A stretch of DNA of 64,000 nt from Alphaproteobacteria bacterium UBA830. GTDB lineage: Bacteria > Pseudomonadota > Alphaproteobacteria > MPNO01 > UBA830. The notes beneath the pieces were generated by a model that was not told the origin of the DNA, ran no database searches, and saw only the letters and a list, made by a program, of their open reading frames with translations. The stretch is taken from contig DBHK01000003.1 in NCBI GenBank assembly GCA_002295635.1, forward strand, positions 12,561 through 76,560, given 5' to 3'. Position 1 is the first letter of the stretch. Every line of letters begins with the position of its first letter. The translations under genes and the position numbers were made by a program. Shown here piece by piece: positions 21,095-28,636 of this stretch.

Positions 21095-22231
21095 ATGGCG
21101 CGAGATGCTCAGAAACCGCTCGATGGCACTCTCGTCGTTTCCATGGAACAGGCGGTCGCCGCGCCATACTGCTCGTCTCGTCTTGCCGAAGCGGGCGCTC
21201 GGGTTATAAAGGTCGAACGGCCTGAGGGTGATTTCGCGCGGGCGTACGACACGGTGGTGCATGGTGAAAGCGCTTATTTCGTTTGGTTGAATCGAGGTAA
21301 AGAGTCGCTTACGGCTAACATAAAGGATGAGGTTGACCGAGACCTTCTATACAGGGTGCTCGATAAATCGGATGTTTTTATCCAAAACCTCGCCCCTGGG
21401 GCTGCCGCGCGTGCGGGCTTTGATTCGGATGAGCTGCGTAAGCGTAATCCGAGGTTGATTACGGTCGATATTTCAGGATACGGCGAGGAAGGTTCTTACG
21501 CAGATATGAAAGCGTATGACCTTCTAGTGCAGGCAGAATCCGGCCTCTGCTCTATCACCGGTCTACCAGAAGGACCCGGTCGTGTGGGCGTTTCCGCGTG
21601 TGACGTTTCTTGTGGGATGTATTCCTATATGGCCGTTCTCGAAGCATTGATCGCACGGGACGCGACCGGGGTCGGTTCGTCGATAAAGACCTCGCTTTTT
21701 GCGGGTATCGCTGACTGGATGACTGTACCCTTGCTGCACTATGATTATGGGGAAAAGATTATGCCCCGAGTAGGGCTTAACCATCCATCGATCCATCCAT
21801 ACGGCGCTTACGATACGCGAGGCGGTGGTCAGATCCTGATCGCGATTCAGAATGAACGAGAATTTTCTCGACTTTGCGAGACGGTTTTGCTCGATGGTGA
21901 TTTGCCGGAGGACCCGCGGTTTAAAACCAATGAGGCGCGATGCGCTAATCGGGCAGAGTTCGACGCAATTTTAGAGAATGTTTTCAACAAAACTGAACGG
22001 AACGAACTTGTTCGTCGACTGCGCGACGCGTCAATTGCCTTCGGCGAGGTAAACGACGTCGCTGGTTTGTCCGATCACCCGGCTTTGCGCCGGGTGACCG
22101 TTGAAACGCCTAGCGGGCCCGTCGATATGGTCGCTCCACCGGCTCTGGTTGATAACGGCGTAAGGACCCTCGGAGATATACCGCCACTAGGGGCGCATAC
22201 AGAGGTAATTAGGAAGGAATTTGGCCAATGA
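21095..22231 (+). CDS. Class III CoA transferase (CaiB/BaiF; itaconate CoA-transferase-like)
   Basis: EQAVAAPYCS, GARVIKVERP, LNRGKES, AYDLLVQAESG. Confidence 0.9.
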   Translation: MARDAQKPLDGTLVVSMEQAVAAPYCSSRLAEAGARVIKVERPEGDFARAYDTVVHGESAYFVWLNRGKESLTANIKDEVDRDLLYRVLDKSDVFIQNLAPGAAARAGFDSDELRKRNPRLITVDISGYGEEGSYADMKAYDLLVQAESGLCSITGLPEGPGRVGVSACDVSCGMYSYMAVLEALIARDATGVGSSIKTSLFAGIADWMTVPLLHYDYGEKIMPRVGLNHPSIHPYGAYDTRGGGQILIAIQNEREFSRLCETVLLDGDLPEDPRFKTNEARCANRAEFDAILENVFNKTERNELVRRLRDASIAFGEVNDVAGLSDHPALRRVTVETPSGPVDMVAPPALVDNGVRTLGDIPPLGAHTEVIRKEFGQ

Positions 22232-23082
22232 GCGGGGAGGCGGATTTTAGCGACTCAATAGGTAAATCGGAAATTGAGTACGGTACAGCTTCCGCCTATC
22301 CCGCTAACTATTTCACACTCACCCTTGACCGAGACGACCCGCCTTTCACGAACGGCGATCCGCTACCGCCGGCCTGGCACTACTTCTATTTCCATGAGCT
22401 GGTCGCATTGGCTGCGACAGGAGAAGACGGACACCGTGCCAAGGGTGATTTTATGCCACCACTGCCATTTCCCCGGCGAATGTGGGCAGGTTCCAAGATG
22501 AGGTTCGAATCCCCCATTCGCATAGGTGAAAAGCTCAGGAAAGTAATCACCATCGCGGATATCGTGATGAAAGAGGGTAAGTCGGGTAAGATGTGTTTTG
22601 TTACCACGACCGAGGAAGTATTTGGGGAAGATGGCCGGCTGACTACCAGCGAGACCCGTACGCAGGTTTACCGCGAGCCCGCAGGGGTTAGTGTAGCCCC
22701 TCCGCATCCCCGTCCCGCGCCGGCGGTTGCTATGTGGAGCCGTACCGTTCATCCGAACTCTGTGATGCTATTCCGTTATTCAGCACTCACCATGAATAGC
22801 CACCGCATCCACTACGACAAGGATTATGTACGAGACGTCGAGGGATATCCCGGACTGCTGGTCCATGGACCGCTTACAATGACGTTTATGCTAGATCTAT
22901 TCCGACGGGAGATGCCGGGCGCCACAATGACTTCACTTGATCTGCGGGCTGTCTCACCGGTCTACGATACGATGGATTTTTCCGTTCATGGGACCCCGGG
23001 TGAGGGCGGAACCTGCCAATTGTGGGCGATGAATGGCAATGGAGCGCTAGCGATGGTGGCGGATGCAACCTACTCAGTTTGA
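22228..23082 (+). CDS. Double hot-dog hydratase (itaconyl-CoA/mesaconyl-C4-CoA hydratase-like)
   Basis: PPAWH, PRRMWAGS, LFRYSALTMNSHRIHYD, YPGLLVHGPL. Confidence 0.88.
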   Translation: MSGEADFSDSIGKSEIEYGTASAYPANYFTLTLDRDDPPFTNGDPLPPAWHYFYFHELVALAATGEDGHRAKGDFMPPLPFPRRMWAGSKMRFESPIRIGEKLRKVITIADIVMKEGKSGKMCFVTTTEEVFGEDGRLTTSETRTQVYREPAGVSVAPPHPRPAPAVAMWSRTVHPNSVMLFRYSALTMNSHRIHYDKDYVRDVEGYPGLLVHGPLTMTFMLDLFRREMPGATMTSLDLRAVSPVYDTMDFSVHGTPGEGGTCQLWAMNGNGALAMVADATYSV

Positions 23083-23296
23083 AAAACAACCGGCGACTAG
23101 TCCTTATTTTGTCGGTGTCTCTTCAGTGTGGACGGGGGGCAAGCTCATTCCCACGATGTTATGATGACCACTGACTTTCCCGGTTAAATAGTTTGGCCAA
23201 TTTTCGCAAATGACAAGTGATTTCGTTGCCGAATCTGTAGGGCGGATAGGGGAATTTTTGTATCATTTGATACTTTCTCACAACAGATCACACTCT

Positions 23297-23311
23297 TTAA
23301 TGCCAAGTTAA
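23297..23311. promoter_or_regulatory. CtrA-like box
   Basis: TTAA-TGCCAAG-TTAA fits TTAA-N7-TTAA; chance occurrence is possible. Confidence 0.35.
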
Positions 23312-23513
23312 GAATCCGGGATTACCACGCCCCGGAAATATTAATAGCTTCCTGTGCCAAAGCACATGGTCAACACTGATAAGGCTCGACTGGTTAGCAA
23401 AAGCAAAATCATATCGTTCAACGGGCCATAAGTTTTGATCGTAAGACACGGGTTGGTATGGTATCGGTTGGCTATGCTGAGGTCATGGATTTGCCACGGG
23501 ACGATGCCCTACG

Positions 23514-24410
23514 TCACTCTGCTGCGAGATCTGGTGCCATCAACTGAGCTAGCGCGGCGATCACGTTGGTCATCTGTGCAGCGATTCTGTCAAACCCGGC
23601 ATTCTTCTCGATTCGAATTTCATCCATATAGAGAGCGCGGTTAATCTCGATCTGAACCGAGTGGACATTATCTTGCGGTTGCCCGTAATGTCGGGTGGTG
23701 AACCCACCAGCAAATGGCTTGTTTCGAGCGACATAATAGCCGAAGCTCGAGATACTGCGTTCAATCGTGTCAGTGATATACGGAGCGCAGCTGCTGCCGA
23801 AGCAGTCGCCAACTACGAAATCAGCCCGCCCACGACCAACGTCGGGATCCAGTGGACCGCCAATCGAGGGCATCGAATGGCAGTCCACGACGACACAGTA
23901 GCCAAATTTGTCACGAGTTTCGTGGATTAGTGCTTCAAGCGCCTGATGATAGGGTCGATAATAGGCATCGATTCGAGCTACTGCTTCCTTAAATGTGAGT
24001 TTGCCTGGGTAAATGTCTAGCCCACTCGAAACTACCCGTGCGATAGTGCCGAGACCGGCGGCGACCCTACTAGAATCCGTATTGACATAATCAGGTAGAG
24101 GGTCGGAAAACATCTTTTGGTCGAGTTCGAAAGGTTCTCGGTTAGCGTCGATGAATGCGCGTGGAAAGGTGGCCCGAAGAAGCGGAGCGCCGAGGTTTGG
24201 GCCGGCGGCGAACAGATCGTCAACAAACCCGTCCTCAGAGCGTCGCAGCGAAACAGGATCCAGCCGAGCTCCCGCCACAAAATCAGTCGGATACATGCGC
24301 CCACTGTGTGGTGACGCAAGGACCAAGGGTACCGTTTGTGAGGTTGGATGAAGGATTTCGAAAGGAGGTACATACGCCAGATTTTCTGGCGTGGAATCTT
24401 TAACTGACAT
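23514..24410 (-). CDS. N-formylglutamate amidohydrolase family protein
   Basis: SPHSG, RRSED, RAFIDANR, GLGTI, DCHSMPS, QIEINRALYM. Confidence 0.92.
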   Translation of the reverse strand: MSVKDSTPENLAYVPPFEILHPTSQTVPLVLASPHSGRMYPTDFVAGARLDPVSLRRSEDGFVDDLFAAGPNLGAPLLRATFPRAFIDANREPFELDQKMFSDPLPDYVNTDSSRVAAGLGTIARVVSSGLDIYPGKLTFKEAVARIDAYYRPYHQALEALIHETRDKFGYCVVVDCHSMPSIGGPLDPDVGRGRADFVVGDCFGSSCAPYITDTIERSISSFGYYVARNKPFAGGFTTRHYGQPQDNVHSVQIEINRALYMDEIRIEKNAGFDRIAAQMTNVIAALAQLMAPDLAAE

Positions 24411-24845
24411 ACCACTGACTTAGACTAAAATATGTGTATTGTCATCCACACATTCTCGAGTACCTCAGTAGTTGTTTAAATGTATGACTCTAGTGGTTGT
24501 TCAAGCGCTTTTCAAAAATACACGCTATACCGTGCGCAGAATCTTTCGAGATGTTGGGAGTTCCCGAGGGGAGGGAAATGAACAATGGTTGCAGCCTCAG
24601 GGCCGGGTCTTGAAATCCAAAGTATTCGATTCGGGGCCCCCGGATCGATCTCGGCTGTGTGTCTAGGACACCCACTTCTAATCACTCTCTCCGAAGTCCG
24701 CGAGAGTGATGCTGATCGACAGTTCGGGCCCGTGCTAGGCTGTGTGTTCCGGCCCGAGGGAGGAAGAAACCTTATATTTCCATACTATTACCTGGACCGC
24801 ACTTGCTATCTGGACCAGGAAACGATAAACCGAAAATCAAGGATC

Positions 24846-24920
24846 GGGCGCGTAGCTCAGCGGGAGAGCACTACGTTGACATCGTAGGGGTCGCTGGTTC
24901 AATCCCAGCCGTGCCCACCA
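24846..24920 (+). tRNA. tRNA-Val(GAC)
   Basis: GGGCGCG TAGCTCAGCGGGAGAGC A CTACG TTGACAT CGTAG GGGTC GCTGG TTCAATC CCAGC CGTGCCC ACCA: full cloverleaf, anticodon GAC, encoded CCA. Confidence 0.98.
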
Positions 24921-25000
24921 TTTTTTCTGAGGAAGAACAATGCCTTAACAGCACTGTCTTCCCAGACCCCGCCTTCCAAATCACTATTACCGCATTGTGC

Positions 25001-25017
25001 GGCTCCAATTTGGCTCC
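25001..25017 (+). repeat. Integrase arm-type site candidate
   Basis: GGCTCC-AATTT-GGCTCC direct repeat with an 11-bp period, between the tRNA and the integrase start. Confidence 0.45.
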
Positions 25018-25031
25018 GCTTGGAGACGAAG

Positions 25032-25154
25032 ATGGCAGCTATTGGCCTGCATAGGGGGAAGTATCAGGTGAGGATCAGGAGGGTAGGTAGTCCTTCCATC
25101 TCCAGAACCTTTTCCAGAAAGAAGGATGCCGAAGCTTGGGTAGAGGTGAGGTAG
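25032..25154 (+). pseudogene. Tyrosine integrase N-terminal fragment
   Basis: Not in ORF track. GGAGA RBS, then MAAIGLHRGKYQVRIRRVGSPSISRTFSRKKDAEAWVEVR*, matching the MATIRKR..WQ.Q.RRKG....SKTF..K.DA..W N-terminus of phage/Rci-like integrases. Confidence 0.75.
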
Positions 25155-25284
25155 GCTAGATGACACCAATGGCCGGGATATGGGAGATACTGGAGATCAT
25201 CATTGGTCTGCTGTGAAGCGCCGCTGTCTTACACCTGATCAACACCCTTTGTATTGTTGACGGACACATTCACGGGCGGAATCA

Positions 25285-25914
25285 TCAGCATGGGAAAGGG
25301 TAAGTAATAGTACCCTTTTTGTATTTCTTCCTCGCTTCGAAGCAAGTTACCCTGTTCGGTCCGTCTGCCCAATACAAGTGCGGGTTTATTCCCTTTTTCC
25401 CATCTTCCAGAAAATACGAATGTCCCCAAGAATATCCTTTATTTGAGCGATCTCGGTATTTTTGACCTATTTGAAAATGAAGATGGCGCACTCCCCAAAT
25501 GCATTCGAAATCATACTGATTGTCGCCTAAACGGGCGATAATTTGACCACGCTGTACTACATCACCCTCGGCCACTAACATTTCACCAACGTGACCGTAG
25601 AGCGCTATAATTTTTTTGCCATCTATCCCATCGCCATGATCCACCGCTATTGTTGGACCCCAACACTGTTCTACTGTTGCTTCTAAAACGATACCATCGG
25701 CAACCGCTAAAATCTCCTGACCCTCGACTCCCGTTATGTCTATCCCCTGATGAGGGTTTTCTCGGTACCCACCATTAATGCCGATATCACTGCCAAACCC
25801 TGAGTCGATTTTTGGCGCTCCTGGTGGATATATCGCATCATCACTCCAACCCATCCCAGTGCTTCCAAGAAGCACGGCAAGTGTAAGACAGATGGTGGCG
25901 GTCAGGTTTCTCAT
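25285..25914 (-). CDS. Secreted M23-family metallopeptidase
   Basis: HQGIDI (HxxxD), AVADG, LYGH, HLHFQI (HxH); signal peptide. Confidence 0.88.
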   Translation of the reverse strand: MRNLTATICLTLAVLLGSTGMGWSDDAIYPPGAPKIDSGFGSDIGINGGYRENPHQGIDITGVEGQEILAVADGIVLEATVEQCWGPTIAVDHGDGIDGKKIIALYGHVGEMLVAEGDVVQRGQIIARLGDNQYDFECIWGVRHLHFQIGQKYRDRSNKGYSWGHSYFLEDGKKGINPHLYWADGPNRVTCFEARKKYKKGTITYPFPC

Positions 25915-25974
25915 ATTGAAATTCTGACAGAGAACATTCGGAATGGGTATAGAGAATGGGGTGTGGGTGGAGTT

Positions 25975-26175
25975 CTATTCGTTACCGTCACTTACGGTCA
26001 GAGAAGTGATTTCTCCGTCATAGACCTCATAAGATAACTTGTTCGGATTACAGCATACGACGCAGTCATAAATTTCTGTGTTGTGTCCCGTGAAACCCTC
26101 TTGGATCTCTGCATAAATCTCAAATTCTTCAAAGCAGAAATGACATGTAATTTGGTGCTCTAAATTCCCTGTCAC
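25975..26175 (-). CDS. CPXCG-like cysteine-rich small protein
   Basis: ITCHFCFE...YDCVVCCNP zinc-ribbon pattern; GTG start. Confidence 0.75.
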   Translation of the reverse strand: MTGNLEHQITCHFCFEEFEIYAEIQEGFTGHNTEIYDCVVCCNPNKLSYEVYDGEITSLTVSDGNE

Positions 26176-26180
26176 TCAAC

Positions 26181-26326
26181 ACCCTTGAAACTGCCATGAG
26201 ACGGGGTGATCTACTTGGCATTGAATGGTCAGACGTGAATTCAGATAAAAGGACAGTTCATCTGGAAAACACCAAGAACGGATCACCAAGAACAGTACCT
26301 CTCAGTAGAAGGGCATTGGAGATACT
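26181..26326 (+). pseudogene. Tyrosine integrase catalytic-domain fragment (box I region)
   Basis: TLETAMRRGDLLGIEWSDVN...TVHLENTKNGSPRTVPLSRRALEIL carries the catalytic R and K; the HxxR and H...Y motifs are absent and similarity stops at 26326. Confidence 0.85.
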
Positions 26327-26562
26327 CAACAGCAGCTACAGCTTTTCTTTCTCTCAGCCTTCGCCGTTTTTACGATCTTTTTTTCAATCTTAAACCGTTT
26401 AACCTGAGCCGCCTTTGCAGCTGCCGCTAATTCTGATTTTTGTAGTTTATGTTCAAAATACGAGTACAAAGACGCAAACCCGAGTTTTGCAGCCCTCTTT
26501 TCCTCATAGGCACGTCGCCCCTTGAGGTTTTCTATTTTCTGCAAGATTTGTTGATTTTCCAT
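26326..26562 (-). CDS. Small basic hypothetical protein
   Basis: 78-aa ORF with protein-like helical composition, ending CSCC; no family recognised. Confidence 0.6.
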   Translation of the reverse strand: MENQQILQKIENLKGRRAYEEKRAAKLGFASLYSYFEHKLQKSELAAAAKAAQVKRFKIEKKIVKTAKAERKKSCSCC

Positions 26563-26676
26563 ACATCAGGATAGGCGGACTGAATAGAGAAAATCAACCC
26601 CAAGCACTTCACCCCACAAGCTGAGAGAGATTTTTCCAATTTTCATATACGCTAACGACCCTGTAAACTCACAATC

Positions 26677-27507
26677 ATGAGAACTTTGGCTGCAATAATC
26701 GGCCTGATCATTGCCCTGTGTATAAAAACTAGCCATACGCAAACTTTGTTTCTGGAGGCTAATGGCTCACAAGATGCATATACTTTGATAAATGATAAGC
26801 TTGTCGAGTTTGACGGTAATGCATTTGAGACATCGGATTGCAGCCATAAAGACTTTGGGCCCCACATAACCCAAATCTATGATCAAATTCTTCGAAAACA
26901 TGTATTTCGGTTTCATATACACAGGGACGAAGATACCGATAGGTGTGTGAAATTTAACCGACAAAGGACAGAAATAAAAGTATATGCCAAGTCACCAAAT
27001 TGGATGAAGGCGACAGACAAAAGTAGCTTTAGCTACAAATGGAAATTTAAGGTTGATCAGAATTTCCAACCATCCAAAAACTTTACCCACTTTTTTCAAC
27101 TCAAGAGTGTGGGCGGCTCCTATATGATGCCGTTGCTCACATTGACCGGTCGGAAGGGGCTAAGAGGGCAACCAGACAAACTTGAACTTCGTCACGCCTC
27201 TCATGGTAAGGCTAGCAAAATAAAGGTAACAGAGTTACAGCCATTTTTAGGAAAATGGTTGCAGGTAAATGTAGATGCAATTTTTGGTTCTGAGGGGAGA
27301 TTAGTAATTAAAATTATTTCTATGAACGATAATCATCCCTTGATGCATTATGAAAATAGTTCGTTAAATATGTGGAAAGAGGATGCCGATTTTATACGAC
27401 CAAAGTGGGGCATTTACCGAAGCTTAAATGATAAACAATCGTTGAGGGATGAGATTATTGATTTTGCCGACATTCAAATCAGGGCCAAATCGACAACGAG
27501 GGACTAA
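26677..27507 (+). CDS. Secreted polysaccharide-lyase-like protein (heparin lyase I/Polysacc_lyase jelly-roll)
   Basis: RQRTEIK, YKWKFK, FTHFFQLK, RPKWGIYRS; signal peptide. Confidence 0.72.
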   Translation: MRTLAAIIGLIIALCIKTSHTQTLFLEANGSQDAYTLINDKLVEFDGNAFETSDCSHKDFGPHITQIYDQILRKHVFRFHIHRDEDTDRCVKFNRQRTEIKVYAKSPNWMKATDKSSFSYKWKFKVDQNFQPSKNFTHFFQLKSVGGSYMMPLLTLTGRKGLRGQPDKLELRHASHGKASKIKVTELQPFLGKWLQVNVDAIFGSEGRLVIKIISMNDNHPLMHYENSSLNMWKEDADFIRPKWGIYRSLNDKQSLRDEIIDFADIQIRAKSTTRD

Positions 27508-27961
27508 AACCATCGGGCGGAAATCTCCGAGGTATGAGGCAATGGATGAGTTCCGTGGGACCTATAATGACCGCAGAGACCAGGAGAATGAAAAAACTAT
27601 AGGCCGCCTTAATAACTGGGTCCGACTTAAGCTCTCTTTTAGACCAAGCGGACCAAGCCAATTATCATTATTGGGTACATTTGGAGGTCTTGTATCTGAA
27701 GGTCGTTGTTCACTAGAAGACATTTACAGTGGCACTTCAGATTAACCCCTTTCAGAAGATGGGCGAGTAAGACGACGATAAGAATGAAAGAGGAATAAGA
27801 AGAATATAACTCTGCAGGGTACACGATATTACATTATAGAACTGTTTTTGGGACATAGATATTATCACTATTTACAGCCCCTTAATGTTTTAATGCGCTG
27901 CACAGTACCGCATCACGATTAACCCCGTTTATACATCATCATCATTAGGCCTATTCAGGAT

Positions 27962-28061
27962 GACTCAGAGGGCTGCCATAAAAGTCATACATTGGGGTCC
28001 AGTACAGAGCCTTTACCGGAGATCTAACCAACAGAGATGCGAATCTGGAGTCCTCTGAGTC
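27962..28061. repeat. 100-bp element with terminal inverted repeats
   Basis: GACTCAGAGGGCT (27962) versus AGTCCTCTGAGTC (28049-28061): 12/13 match, outer 10 bp perfect. Confidence 0.55.
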
Positions 28062-28119
28062 CGTTCTAGCTATGGTCTAAGGCGTGAAACCCAGCGCTTA
28101 CTCAGGGGGATGGAAAAGA

Positions 28120-28473
28120 TCAGATGGCAGTTGGATACCCGTTATAAGGCCAGCCACCCTGTGCAAATAGCCCTTTCACTTCGTCAGCAACGTATCCCGG
28201 CATTTCAATGCCGGTGATCTCCTGCATTTCCAGTAGCGTGGGTATGTATTCTGGCTGAGTGAATTTATTCATATGCGCCATGAAAGATTTGCCATCCGCA
28301 TATTTTTCAATGATCAAAACCTCTCTGCTCTCTTCATTTATGAAAAAATCATAAAGGAGCGTTCCCGGCTCATCGGTGGTTGCATCTTTCATTTTCTTTG
28401 CTTGGGTCTTGAACGCATCAAGATCATCTGTGGTGATCCTAGCCCTAACCAAGTTGTATAACTCTGAAGTCAT
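28120..28473 (-). CDS. ABM-family protein (putative quinol monooxygenase)
   Basis: DEPGTLLYDF, IEKYADGKSFMAH. Confidence 0.8.
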   Translation of the reverse strand: MTSELYNLVRARITTDDLDAFKTQAKKMKDATTDEPGTLLYDFFINEESREVLIIEKYADGKSFMAHMNKFTQPEYIPTLLEMQEITGIEMPGYVADEVKGLFAQGGWPYNGYPTAI

Positions 28474-28636
28474 TAGCCACCCTATTTCACTATAAGTTCA
28501 AACTATGCATAACGTACCATAACGATCGTAGAAAAAATGATCAGACGGTGATCTTCTCAAGAGATTATAGGGTCTACCAGCCTTGTACCTCATGCTGTTT
28601 CACACAGTAGCCCAGTCGTGAGAGCAACCATTAACC

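Larger units (their letters stand above)
24921..28632. mobile_element. Decayed tRNA-Val-anchored genomic islet
   Basis: Follows the tRNA 3' end; contains integrase fragments, short unrelated cargo genes, visibly AT-richer sequence and long non-coding gaps; right boundary approximate. Confidence 0.65.

Noticed and set aside
24585-24887. 100-aa ORF running into the tRNA
   Set aside because: Overlaps tRNA-Val and has no recognisable domain
25273-27522. CGGGCGGAA repeated at 25273 and 27514 near gene ends, and GGAGATACT at 25183 and 26318
   Set aside because: 9-mers with inconsistent relation to gene orientation; compatible with chance
27812-27922. Frame LQGTRYYIIELFLGHR as a possible integrase box II remnant
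   Set aside because: Only LGH matches; no HxxR or properly spaced catalytic Tyr
25032-28632. Classical integron
   Set aside because: The fragments look phage/Rci-like rather than IntI, no attC hairpins with paired RYYYAAC/GTTRRRY follow the genes, and cargo orientation is mixed
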